IMG/VR virus record: IMGVR_UViG_3300046757_000226
Span: 1 to 57,172 of that record
Reading direction: 5' to 3' (one strand)
Source: a virus
Lineage: Duplodnaviria > Caudoviricetes
DNA: 57,172 nt
Of this stretch, positions 1 through 9,665 are shown in pieces. The position numbers and the translations under genes were made by a program. Each line of letters opens with the position of its first letter. The first letter of the stretch is position 1. Under the pieces are notes generated by a model. The model saw nothing but the letters and a program-made list of their open reading frames with translations, ran no database searches and was not told the DNA's origin.

Positions 1-2
1 GG

Positions 3-374
3 CAAATTTCATTTGCTGCAAATTCAACATATAGTAATTCTGGTGTAGGTACAGGATATCCTGTAGGAAATTACCAATTAAATAGCGCATATAGACTTTG
101 CTACTCTAAAAGCGGTGGTGCATTATACGCTAGAAATGATTATGAAATATATGCTAGAGAAGTAAGCCAAAACACAATACAATTTAAAGTAACATTTGTT
201 GATGGTTCACCAAACGATCCTACATACGGTATTGATGAAAGCGTTTTTGGCGATTTTGAAAGTTCAATTTTACTTGCTGCCCCTACTGGTTCAGTAAATA
301 TTAATGGAACAGTATACAATACTGTTGTTTACCAAGAAGCGTTACCAGTTGGCGCAACTATTTCTCCTTTATAG
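3..374 (+). CDS. C-terminal part of a probable virion structural (fibre/baseplate-like) protein, 5' end outside window
   Basis: Hand translation of frame 3 is open from 3 to TAG at 372-374 (QISFAANSTYSNSGVGTGYPVGNYQL...LPVGATISPL). Ser/Thr/Gly/Asn-rich, beta-type composition. Not in the ORF track because the start is missing. Confidence 0.6.
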   Translation, partial: QISFAANSTYSNSGVGTGYPVGNYQLNSAYRLCYSKSGGALYARNDYEIYAREVSQNTIQFKVTFVDGSPNDPTYGIDESVFGDFESSILLAAPTGSVNINGTVYNTVVYQEALPVGATISPL

Positions 375-385
375 TCACTATTAGC

Positions 386-414
386 TTGACAACTCCAAAA
401 AACTGTTATATACT
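386..414 (+). promoter_or_regulatory. sigma70-type promoter
   Basis: TTGACA (386-391), 17-nt spacer, TATACT (409-414); AGGAG at 429-433 before ATG 441. Confidence 0.85.
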
Positions 415-440
415 AATATAATATCATTAGGAGTATTACT

Positions 441-797
441 ATGGACGAACGTCTTGAAAAAGCATTAGATTTTTCAAATTACATGATCACGCTAAACAAC
501 CAAAAAAGATTACTTCGAGAAAAATTTGAAGAAGGGTTGTTGTATTTTTATGCTGGATCTCAATTTACAATTACTAAAGAACTAATTAACTTTTGTAAAG
601 CAATGGACGATGCAGATCAAGATAGTATAGTACTAATTGACGACCACGGTAATCCTGCATTAGTTGAAAATATCGAAGACTTTTACGGAAAAATACTTGC
701 GCAATATTTTGAAACAGCCAACTCTTATCATGCAGGATATATTTCATTAAAGAAAAATAGAAGTGTAGAAAAGTTAGTTGAATATGAGCAAGAGTAA
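441..797 (+). CDS. hypothetical phage protein (possibly fibre-assembly related)
   Basis: 118-aa ORF with promoter and SD, overlapping the next gene; no motif recognised. Confidence 0.75.
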   Translation: MDERLEKALDFSNYMITLNNQKRLLREKFEEGLLYFYAGSQFTITKELINFCKAMDDADQDSIVLIDDHGNPALVENIEDFYGKILAQYFETANSYHAGYISLKKNRSVEKLVEYEQE

Positions 798-1641
798 AGG
801 TGTTTTTCTTTTTGCTAAAAACAATGGTCAACTAGATTATGTAAAACAGGCAGTTTTCCTAGCAAGAAGAATTAAAAAATATTTAAATGTTCCTGTTTCT
901 CTTGCAACAGATAGTCCCGTATACTTAGAAGAAACGTATGGTACTGATGATTTTGACAAGGTTATAAAATTAGATTACACCGACGAACGTAATCTGCGTT
1001 ATTTTTATGATGGCGCAATGTCAAAAAAGAAGGGCGGATTCAAAAATGCAAATCGTGCAAGTGCATATGAATTATCTCCGTATGATGAAACACTACTATT
1101 AGATACTGATTACATTATATCTAATAATTTACTAGCATCTGTGTTTGAATCTGATGCAGACTTTATGATATATAAAAAATCAAGTGATATTTCTCAAGCT
1201 AGAAATGAAGACGAATTTCAAAAAATTGACGATGTTAGTGTTGATTTTTATTGGGCAACTGTTGTGTTTTTTAAAAAAACAGAAACTAATAAAAAGTTTT
1301 TTGATTTAGTTAAGCACATCGAAGACGAGTGGCATCATTATAGAAGAACATATCAAGTTAAGTCACATCTTTTTAGAAATGACTTTGCATTTAGCATTGC
1401 TATTCATATAATGAATGGATTTCAGCCAGGCAGTTTTGCCAAAGAGTTACCCGGAACAATGTTTTATACTGCCGACTTAGATATACTTTGGCAATTAGAT
1501 GATGATGAAATGATGTTTCTTGTAGGTAAGGAAAACTACTTAGGTGAATACACTACAGTAAGAACAAAAGGACTAACGGTTCATGTTATGAATAAGTTTA
1601 GTTTAACACGGATGATTGATATGGAGTTAGCAAATGAATAG
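784..1641 (+). CDS. GT-A fold glycosyltransferase (GT8-like nucleotide-diphospho-sugar transferase)
   Basis: SPYDETLLLDTD with DxD motif, later RND and HVMNK; second ATG (784) chosen as start. Confidence 0.75.
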   Translation: MSKSKGVFLFAKNNGQLDYVKQAVFLARRIKKYLNVPVSLATDSPVYLEETYGTDDFDKVIKLDYTDERNLRYFYDGAMSKKKGGFKNANRASAYELSPYDETLLLDTDYIISNNLLASVFESDADFMIYKKSSDISQARNEDEFQKIDDVSVDFYWATVVFFKKTETNKKFFDLVKHIEDEWHHYRRTYQVKSHLFRNDFAFSIAIHIMNGFQPGSFAKELPGTMFYTADLDILWQLDDDEMMFLVGKENYLGEYTTVRTKGLTVHVMNKFSLTRMIDMELANE

Positions 1642-2473
1642 AGGAATAGTTGTATTAGCTCAAAATAATGAAACAGATAATTATGTAGATCAAGCAATTT
1701 TATTAGCAATGAGTTTGTTAGTACATAATCCTGATACAAAAATTAGTTTAGTTACAAATGACAAAGTATCAAACCCAAATGTATTTGATAAAATTATTCC
1801 AATTCCTTACGGAGATCATGCTGAAGATAGTGACTGGAAAGTAGAAAACCGTTGGAAGTTGTATCATGCTAGTCCTTACGATGAAACTATCGTAATGGAC
1901 ACAGATATGTTAGTATTACAAAATATAGATGTATGGTGGGATTTTTTATCAAACTATGAATTATTTTTTACTAACAATGTGTTAACATACAGAGGAACTC
2001 CTGCAAATACACAATTTTATAGAAGAACATTTATTGATAGTAATCTTCCTAATTTGTTTAGCGGATTTCATTATTTCAAAAAATGTGAGTTTGCACAAGA
2101 CTTTTATGCATGGTTAGAGTTAGTGGTTAACAACTGGGAAACGTTTTACGAGCAACAATTAATGCCACAGTCTAGACCACAACAAGTTAGCATAGATGTA
2201 TGTGCGTCAATTGTTGCAAAAATTTTAGATTGTGAAGATGAAATTACTAATAGTATTTCAGCAATACCTACATTTGTACATATGAAAGCACATTGTCAAG
2301 ACTGGAAAGAAATAGAAGCTTCGTGGCTAGATAAAGTTGGATTTTATATTTCAAAAGATTGCAATGTTAAAATAGGAAACTTTTTACAAAATGGCATATT
2401 GCACTATACAGAAAATAGTTTTTTAGAAAAGACTCCGGTAGTTGAGCGTTATAGGAGTTTAGTAAATGTCTGA
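1634..2473 (+). CDS. GT-A fold glycosyltransferase, paralog of preceding gene
   Basis: SPYDETIVMDTD (DxD), FSGFHYF, FVHMK; same layout as 784-1641. Confidence 0.75.
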   Translation: MNRGIVVLAQNNETDNYVDQAILLAMSLLVHNPDTKISLVTNDKVSNPNVFDKIIPIPYGDHAEDSDWKVENRWKLYHASPYDETIVMDTDMLVLQNIDVWWDFLSNYELFFTNNVLTYRGTPANTQFYRRTFIDSNLPNLFSGFHYFKKCEFAQDFYAWLELVVNNWETFYEQQLMPQSRPQQVSIDVCASIVAKILDCEDEITNSISAIPTFVHMKAHCQDWKEIEASWLDKVGFYISKDCNVKIGNFLQNGILHYTENSFLEKTPVVERYRSLVNV

Positions 2474-3803
2474 ATTAGCAAGTTTATTAAGAAAATTAAA
2501 AGTAGAAGCTGTTTCAAATGATGCATATATCTATTATGAGAAAGAAACTGGATCAGTTAAAAAAGTTAGTAACAGAAAATACGATTCGGACGAATACGAA
2601 GTATTAATAGTTACTCAAGATGAAGCAAAGCCGTTACTTCAAGGGGAGTTTAGGCTTGATGAGTATATTATTGCATACGATGTTTCACTTAAAGATAGAA
2701 AATTAAAACGTAAAACATATGAAGATCAAAACAAAATTGCATCAACATTATGTTACGAATTACCATTAATAAAAAACTATAACGACGGACACAGTTCACT
2801 TGAACCAGCATATGACGGTGTTGATGTTTATATATGGGCAGTTGACGGATCATATGTAAAAGATCAAATAGTTTTTTATGAAAATAACGTTTATAAACTT
2901 TTAGCAGATAACGATGAAGGTCAAATATTTGGTAACGCAGAACTTTTTGTAAAGGATGTGCTATTAACAGACATGTCAACAGTTACACACGATTTACAAT
3001 TTTTAACAATGCAGCCTGAATACGAAGGCGTACATGTTGATGTTTGGTATGACGAATTATCACATACAGAAGGTCAACATGTTTGGCATCAAGGAACAGT
3101 TTACAGAATCAAAAAAGACCAAAAAGCAGAAACTAAATTTAGAAAAGCAAATTGTGAAATTATCGTAGAAGATGTTATTTTATACGCTGATGAAAACAAG
3201 TACTTAAAAGTTATTGACCCTAATGATCTAAACTCGGGTATGATTATATTAAACAATAATAAAATTTTTAGTATTAGATATGCTTCTGAAGAATTTGAAA
3301 AACAACAAGAAACTTCTTTTTGGAGAGAATCTAATAGACATTTGATTGTTTGGGATTCAAAAGAACTTTTAAAATTTGATTCATTAAATAAGAAAACTTT
3401 GTTTTACGAGACCGAACATACTGTAGTAGGTAAAGATACTTTAGAAAATGGACAATTGGTACTAGTAGGTACAAGGATTTATAATTATAAGACTAATAAG
3501 GATTATGACGTTATTATACAACAAAATTTTATTGATAAATGCTGGACAATTATACTTAATCCTTATACTAAAGCGTTTTTAAACACTAGTGGTTATTCTA
3601 TTAATGACAAACTATACTTTAGTGTAACAGAAAAATATGATCCCAATATTCTTTATAGAACTTTGGAAATAAATGCAGAAGAATTGCTTTGGGCAAAGCC
3701 AAAAACTATACCTTTCATATATGACAGCGAACTAGACGGAGTTAACGTAAGTATATACACAGCAAAATATTTTGAACACTATGCACATGAGGTAGTACAA
3801 TAA
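2466..3803 (+). CDS. hypothetical protein with two CBM5/12-like aromatic repeats
   Basis: Internal repeat YDGVDVYIWAVDGSYVKDQIVFYENNVYKL / YEGVHVDVWYDELSHTEGQHVWHQGTVYRI resembles the W-x5-Y-x2-G-x2-V-x-Y-x-G-x2-Y pattern of CBM5/12. Confidence 0.5.
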   Translation: MSELASLLRKLKVEAVSNDAYIYYEKETGSVKKVSNRKYDSDEYEVLIVTQDEAKPLLQGEFRLDEYIIAYDVSLKDRKLKRKTYEDQNKIASTLCYELPLIKNYNDGHSSLEPAYDGVDVYIWAVDGSYVKDQIVFYENNVYKLLADNDEGQIFGNAELFVKDVLLTDMSTVTHDLQFLTMQPEYEGVHVDVWYDELSHTEGQHVWHQGTVYRIKKDQKAETKFRKANCEIIVEDVILYADENKYLKVIDPNDLNSGMIILNNNKIFSIRYASEEFEKQQETSFWRESNRHLIVWDSKELLKFDSLNKKTLFYETEHTVVGKDTLENGQLVLVGTRIYNYKTNKDYDVIIQQNFIDKCWTIILNPYTKAFLNTSGYSINDKLYFSVTEKYDPNILYRTLEINAEELLWAKPKTIPFIYDSELDGVNVSIYTAKYFEHYAHEVVQ

Positions 3804-4736
3804 ATGAGTAAATTTAAGCCCATTGATTATGACATAATTTATTTGTCTTATGACGAGCCAAACGCAGAAAAAAACTATGCAGATTTATGTCAAAAAGTTC
3901 CGTGGGCTAAACGTGTTCACGGAGTAGAAGGTAGTGATGCTGCACACAAGGCTTGTGCAAAATTAAGTGAAACAGAAAGATTTATTACAGTCGACGGCGA
4001 CAACAGAATACGTGCAGAATTTCTAAATCAAGAAATTGATTTTACTGAACATGTTGATTTACAAAATGCTGTTATTAGTTGGTGCGGAAGAAATGAAATA
4101 AACGGATTGATGTACGGCAACGGCGGTATTAAATGCTGGCCAACTGATTATGTGTTAAATATGCGAACACATGAAAATGCTGATCCTAACAATGCACATG
4201 CACAAGTAGATTTTTGCTGGGATGCACAATATATACAAATGAATAGTGTTTATTCAGACGTATTTAATAATGAAACACCAGGACAAGCATGGAGAGCAGG
4301 TTTTAGAGAAGGTGTAAAACTTGCTACTGATCGAGGCGTAAGAATTACACCCCAAGAGTTTAAAGATAATCATTGGAGATGTTTACATTGGTTATACATT
4401 TGGACTATGGTAGGTGCAGATGTTGACAATGGCCTTTGGGCAATCTATGGCGCACGAGAAGGTCTGTATAAAACAATGTGTACAGATTGGGATTATGTAC
4501 AAGTTAGAGACTTTAAATATCTAAATAGTCTTTGGGACGAAGTTGAACCAAGGGTATCAATGGAAGGATTACAAGATTCTATTGAAGATTTAGGCGATAA
4601 AATTCTAGCTAAATTAGATATACCTATTGCAGCCCAGCCATTAGATGCTAATCAAAGTAAATTTTTTAAATCAGTTTATCAAAATCCTTCAAGAACCGAT
4701 AATCAAAGATTTATCGAAGAATTAAAGGACGTATAA
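3804..4736 (+). CDS. GT-A fold glycosyltransferase (phage type)
   Basis: FITVDGD DxD motif, YGNGGIK, AWRAGFREGVKL; paralog of 10898-11572. Confidence 0.7.
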   Translation: MSKFKPIDYDIIYLSYDEPNAEKNYADLCQKVPWAKRVHGVEGSDAAHKACAKLSETERFITVDGDNRIRAEFLNQEIDFTEHVDLQNAVISWCGRNEINGLMYGNGGIKCWPTDYVLNMRTHENADPNNAHAQVDFCWDAQYIQMNSVYSDVFNNETPGQAWRAGFREGVKLATDRGVRITPQEFKDNHWRCLHWLYIWTMVGADVDNGLWAIYGAREGLYKTMCTDWDYVQVRDFKYLNSLWDEVEPRVSMEGLQDSIEDLGDKILAKLDIPIAAQPLDANQSKFFKSVYQNPSRTDNQRFIEELKDV

Positions 4737-6148
4737 TGGGTGACGTTTTAACAGGATATAAGAGTGTAAGAGAAGAGCTCAATAACATCAGTTGTTCTAT
4801 GTGCCTTGCTAAATGGAAGCAAGTTACACTTCACTTGCAAACAGGTCATACGCACAGTTGTCACCACCCGGCAACTCATAAAATACCTTTAGAGGAGATA
4901 GAAGCAGATCCTAGTGCGCTACACAATACTAGTTTTAAAAAGCAACAACGTGCTAAAATGCTTAAAGGTGAACGCCCAGAAGAATGTGACTATTGCTGGA
5001 CAGCAGAAGACTCGTCAGACGGCTCTACATTTAGTGACAGAATAACTAAAAGTGCAGAAGAATGGGCTTGGCCTGAGAAAGATATTATTGCAAAGAGCTC
5101 TCCTAATGAAAATACAAATCCTAGCTACGTAGAAGTTAGTTTTTCAAATGCTTGTAACTTTGCGTGTACATACTGTTCACCTGAAATTAGTAGTACTTGG
5201 ATGCAAGAAATACAAAAGCATGGCGGGTATACTGGCACTACATATAATTTTAATAATTTAGAATGGATTGCACAAAACGGTAAAACACCAATTCCGCATA
5301 AAGATCCAAACCCTTATGTTGATGCGTTTTGGAAGTGGTGGCCAAAGTTGTATCCTGATTTGCATACATTTAGAATTACTGGCGGCGAGCCATTAATGGC
5401 AAAAGATACTTTCAAAGTTTTAGATTATATTATTGAGAATCCTAATCCTAACTTAGAATTAAACATAAACAGCAATCTTTGTGTACCAGACGGTTTAGTT
5501 GACAAGATGATAGAAAAGGCTAAACGCATTCAAGGCGAAGGTCTAATCAAAGATTTTAAAATCTATACTAGTGCAGAAGCTCACGGTAAACGTGCTGAGT
5601 ATATTAGACACGGTATGGATTATAACCAATGGATTGATAACTGCGATAAAGTTTTAACAGAAATACCAGATTGTAAAATTACAAATATGGCAACATACAA
5701 CTCATTAAGTTTGTCTAGTTATCAAGACTTAATGAAAGACTTGTTAGACTTGCGTAAAAAACATCACACTGATCCTGCAAAAAGCCATGCAGTAAGTTTA
5801 GATGTTAGTTATTTACGTTGGCCACCTCATCAATCAATATTAATAGTACAGAATGAAAAATATTTAAAAATGCTTGAAGATCAAGTAACATGGATGTTTC
5901 AAAATAAAGAGCATAGTCATTGGCCTCCATTGTGCGGCATTGGAATGTATGATTATGAAATTAATAGATTACAAAGGATATATTGGGTAATGCAGCAGAG
6001 TCCTAAGCACATCAAAGAAAAAGATCTTATCGAAGGAAGAAAAAACTTCGTTGCATTCTTTGATGAACACGACAAGCGTAGAGGAAAGAACTTCTTAGAA
6101 GTATTTCCTGAAATGGAAGATTTTTATTGGGAGTGTAAAACATTATGA
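4736..6148 (+). CDS. radical SAM enzyme with N-terminal Twitch/SPASM-like Cys cluster
   Basis: CNFACTYC, ITGGEP, N-terminal CLAKW...SCHH...ECDYC, C-terminal DKRRGKNFLEVFPE. Confidence 0.9.
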   Translation: MGDVLTGYKSVREELNNISCSMCLAKWKQVTLHLQTGHTHSCHHPATHKIPLEEIEADPSALHNTSFKKQQRAKMLKGERPEECDYCWTAEDSSDGSTFSDRITKSAEEWAWPEKDIIAKSSPNENTNPSYVEVSFSNACNFACTYCSPEISSTWMQEIQKHGGYTGTTYNFNNLEWIAQNGKTPIPHKDPNPYVDAFWKWWPKLYPDLHTFRITGGEPLMAKDTFKVLDYIIENPNPNLELNINSNLCVPDGLVDKMIEKAKRIQGEGLIKDFKIYTSAEAHGKRAEYIRHGMDYNQWIDNCDKVLTEIPDCKITNMATYNSLSLSSYQDLMKDLLDLRKKHHTDPAKSHAVSLDVSYLRWPPHQSILIVQNEKYLKMLEDQVTWMFQNKEHSHWPPLCGIGMYDYEINRLQRIYWVMQQSPKHIKEKDLIEGRKNFVAFFDEHDKRRGKNFLEVFPEMEDFYWECKTL

Positions 6149-7557
6149 GTAAAGGACTATTTGATTGGCGTAAAAGAGTACTAGACTCAGTTAGTCCTAG
6201 CTTCTGTGCTGCTAAGTGGCTTAATGCAACTATCCATTTAGGCCATGGTATGACACATAGTTGTCATTTGCCTATTCCTCATCCTATTGACAAGGAAGAA
6301 ATTAAAACTAATCCTAGTGCGTTGCATAATACAGCACACAAAAAGAAACAACGTGAGCGTATGATTAAAGGTGAACGACCACCTGAATGTGAGTACTGCT
6401 GGAAAATTGAAGATATTGGTAGAGATAATATTTCTGATAGAGTATATAAGAGTCAAATATACAAAGAAAAAGATATTATTGCAATCGCAGAAAATGATCC
6501 ATATGAAGATGTTATTCCAAAAACATTAGAAATTAGTTTTGATAGAACGTGTAACTTAGCATGTAGTTATTGTAATTCAAGTTATAGCACCACATGGGCA
6601 CAAGATATTAAAAAGAATGGTCCATATCAACAAATGAAATCAGATGGCGCAGGCGCCTATCATCATGACGGCGAATGGACCGAGCCTTACGGAAAGTTTA
6701 ACGAAGACAATCCTTATGTAGAAGCATTTTTTAAATGGTGGCCGCAATTAAGCAGTGAACTAGAAGAACTTAGGATAACTGGCGGCGAAGCATTAGTAAG
6801 TCATCAGTTTTGGAACTTTGCAAAAGTTGTAAAACAAAATCATGCTCCTAATTTAAGAATTGCAATTAATTCAAATCTTATGGTGAAAGATGATTTAATA
6901 CAAGACTTAGTTGATTTTACTAAACTTGATAATTATAAAGAGTTTGACTTGTTTACTAGTTGCGAAGCTACTGGATTGCAAGCAGATTATATAAGAGACG
7001 GACTAGAATATAATACTTGGAAAGATAACCTAGAATATGTTATTAGTAATGGACGTTTAAGATGTGCAACAATTATGATGACTATTACAAGTTTAAGTTT
7101 GTTTAGTATTACAGAATTCTTAGATGACATGGCAGAATTAAAAGCAAAATATGCACCTCATAAACCTGCTGTTGATTTAAATATTTTACGTTGGCCGAGT
7201 TTTATGAGCCCGTTAGCATTGCCCGATCATATTAAGGATCATTGCAGAGAAAAGTTAGAAGCATGGTCAGAAGAAAATAAGTTAAATCCGTTATTTAATC
7301 CAGGTGAAAGAGCACAAATACAAAGATTAATAGATTATATTGAAGTAGTAGATAAACCGCATAGACGCACAACTGAAGACAAAGATAAATTACAACACGA
7401 CTTTAAAAGTTTTTATGCACAGTATGATAAGCGTAGAGGTAAGGATATAGGTGTATTTCCAAAGATACTTACTGACTGGCTAGATACTATTGATTTAGAC
7501 AACACTATTCCGGTAATAGAAATGCATGAAGGGAGCATCACACACTATGACGACTGA
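6145..7557 (+). CDS. radical SAM enzyme, tandem paralog of 4736-6148
   Basis: CNLACSYC, ITGGEA, N-terminal CAAKW...SCH...ECEYC; shared blocks PSALHNT, KGERP, NPYV-AF-KWWP, DKRRGK. Confidence 0.9.
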   Translation: MSKGLFDWRKRVLDSVSPSFCAAKWLNATIHLGHGMTHSCHLPIPHPIDKEEIKTNPSALHNTAHKKKQRERMIKGERPPECEYCWKIEDIGRDNISDRVYKSQIYKEKDIIAIAENDPYEDVIPKTLEISFDRTCNLACSYCNSSYSTTWAQDIKKNGPYQQMKSDGAGAYHHDGEWTEPYGKFNEDNPYVEAFFKWWPQLSSELEELRITGGEALVSHQFWNFAKVVKQNHAPNLRIAINSNLMVKDDLIQDLVDFTKLDNYKEFDLFTSCEATGLQADYIRDGLEYNTWKDNLEYVISNGRLRCATIMMTITSLSLFSITEFLDDMAELKAKYAPHKPAVDLNILRWPSFMSPLALPDHIKDHCREKLEAWSEENKLNPLFNPGERAQIQRLIDYIEVVDKPHRRTTEDKDKLQHDFKSFYAQYDKRRGKDIGVFPKILTDWLDTIDLDNTIPVIEMHEGSITHYDD

Positions 7558-8887
7558 TAGAAAAAAATATTATTTTGCATGGGATAGAATGCCTTTCAAT
7601 AAAAAGGGAATACGAACTCCTGATCGCAACTTAATGGATGCATGGTTTGATGGGCGTTACATCTTATGCAATCAATTCTTAAAAGAATACTGTAGGCATG
7701 TTGGCGACTATGAAGATGTATCACTACGCGATGCTAAAAAATTAAAGTTTATATATGAAATTGGTACATCAGGGCCACCGGCAAATTGGTTAGGAGGATA
7801 CGACTCTCCTAGACATAACTTATTTGATTTGTTACATATACATAGGCCAATTGTAGTGCAGTCAATGCGTAAGCGTAGAGCTATTTTACATATTGACCAA
7901 GGATGGGAAGGATTTCCTTTAATAGAAAGTAAAGTATTAAAGAGCGTTGGTATTCCGAGAGATTATTATGATGTAATCTATACAAAATGTGAAGAATATA
8001 AAATTCCACCTTCACAAATTATTATTACAACATCAAACTTACTAGAAAAACAAGTACATGAACAGCACTACGGTAGTAGGAAAGAAAAAATTAATATTGT
8101 ACCTTCTATTTCTTTTTGTGGTTTGTTAAAATATCAAAACGGACAAGATGCTATTTCTTTTGAAGAACAGATTGAATACAAATCAAAAGCAAAGAAAATG
8201 AAAAGTTTTAGCTGTTTGAATAGAGTTACTCGTCAGCACAGAATGACACTAGGCGTTATGCTTAATTATTACAAGTTACTAGATCCTAAAATAAGCGACT
8301 TTAGCCATTCTGCACATTTAGGAGGACATCCTAATCAATCAGCTGAATTAATAACACATAGGCACGCAATACCGCCTGACTGGGATCCGCATCCTGCATT
8401 TACTAGAGGAAATGCTAATAATTTTATTGAAAAACTACCTTGTGTGTTAGATCAAAAAGATTTTAACCAAAATCATGTTTGGACAATGTTTAAAGATACA
8501 TATCTAAGAACATGGTTTAGTCTTATTTCTGAAACAGCATTTAATGAAGAACATAAAACAACATGTTTCTTATCAGAAAAAATATTTAAACCAATGCTAT
8601 GTCATCAACCGTTTGTACTTGTTGGTCATCCGAACTCGCTTGCATGGCTTAAAAAATTAGGATTTAAAACTTTTGATAAATGGTGGGACGAAGCATATGA
8701 CGGTATGATTAATCCTACAAATAGAATGCAAGCTATTATGGATTTAACTATACAACTAACTAATAAGTCTGATTCAGAATGGTTAGAAATGTACAAGGAT
8801 ATGCAAGAAGTATTAGAACATAATTACAATCATCTAGATACGATGAAATGGATAGACTATACGGACGTACTCAATGAAATACAATAG
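7547..8887 (+). CDS. GT-B fold glycosyltransferase-like protein (GT10-like SEK motif)
   Basis: FSLISET...FLSEKIFKPM...QPFVLVG resembles the GT10 E-x(n)-(T/S)EK donor-binding motif; GGGAG SD before ATG 7547. Confidence 0.55.
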   Translation: MTTDRKKYYFAWDRMPFNKKGIRTPDRNLMDAWFDGRYILCNQFLKEYCRHVGDYEDVSLRDAKKLKFIYEIGTSGPPANWLGGYDSPRHNLFDLLHIHRPIVVQSMRKRRAILHIDQGWEGFPLIESKVLKSVGIPRDYYDVIYTKCEEYKIPPSQIIITTSNLLEKQVHEQHYGSRKEKINIVPSISFCGLLKYQNGQDAISFEEQIEYKSKAKKMKSFSCLNRVTRQHRMTLGVMLNYYKLLDPKISDFSHSAHLGGHPNQSAELITHRHAIPPDWDPHPAFTRGNANNFIEKLPCVLDQKDFNQNHVWTMFKDTYLRTWFSLISETAFNEEHKTTCFLSEKIFKPMLCHQPFVLVGHPNSLAWLKKLGFKTFDKWWDEAYDGMINPTNRMQAIMDLTIQLTNKSDSEWLEMYKDMQEVLEHNYNHLDTMKWIDYTDVLNEIQ

Positions 8888-9629
8888 ATTTTTTGCTTTT
8901 GGTTGCAGTTATACACATTATCTTTGGCCAACTTGGGCAAATATAATTGCTAGAGATACCGGCTTGCCCTTTCAAAATTGGGGGAAGTCGGGTGCAGGCA
9001 ATGTATATATTCATCACAAAATGGTTGAAGCAAAAATTAAAGAAAGTATTAATGACGATGATTTAATTATAGTTAATTGGACATCTTGGCATCGAGAAGA
9101 TAGAGTTAATCTAAACGGCGATTGGATGTTAGGTGGAAATATCTTTAATAATAATAGTAACTATGATAAACGCTTTATAAAAAATTACCATTCTATATAT
9201 AACGATATAGTAAAAAATGCAACAGCAATTATTTCTGGAAACCATGCAATGAAAGTAGCATACCAAAGTCATATGATTGATTATGAAAATATGGTCGAAT
9301 ATCCGGGTTTGAATCAATTACATGCCGACGAACTTTCAGCTAGATATTCATATTTCAATGATGCTTTACCAGAGAAAAAAATATTTGATCAAAGAGATCA
9401 TACATCCTTTAGTGGAGCATCTCAAGGCCTTGATCAGCATCCCGATATATTAGGACAATTAGGACATGCAAAGCAAATTTATAACGATTTAGGTTGGGAG
9501 CTAAAACAAGAAACTATAGATTATTATAACATAATGCAAGAGCGTATTGGTAAACGTATACCAAGAAAAAATTATTGGCAGGAAATTGGCGGCAGAATTG
9601 CAAAAATTTATTCGCTTGAAGATTATTAA
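8874..9629 (+). CDS. SGNH/GDSL hydrolase-fold protein (acyl-esterase or acyltransferase)
   Basis: FAFGCSYT (block I), NWGKSGAGN (block II), DQHP (block V). Confidence 0.7.
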   Translation: MKYNRFFAFGCSYTHYLWPTWANIIARDTGLPFQNWGKSGAGNVYIHHKMVEAKIKESINDDDLIIVNWTSWHREDRVNLNGDWMLGGNIFNNNSNYDKRFIKNYHSIYNDIVKNATAIISGNHAMKVAYQSHMIDYENMVEYPGLNQLHADELSARYSYFNDALPEKKIFDQRDHTSFSGASQGLDQHPDILGQLGHAKQIYNDLGWELKQETIDYYNIMQERIGKRIPRKNYWQEIGGRIAKIYSLEDY

Positions 9630-9660
9630 ATAAATAATAAACTACGTATATTATAGGAGT
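9627..9660 (+). promoter_or_regulatory. late-type TAAATA promoter(s) with AACTACGTATA motif and SD
   Basis: TAAATA at 9627-9632 and 9631-9636, AACTACGTATA 9640-9650, AGGAG 9655-9659, ATG 9666. Confidence 0.55.
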
Positions 9661-9665
9661 TTTAA

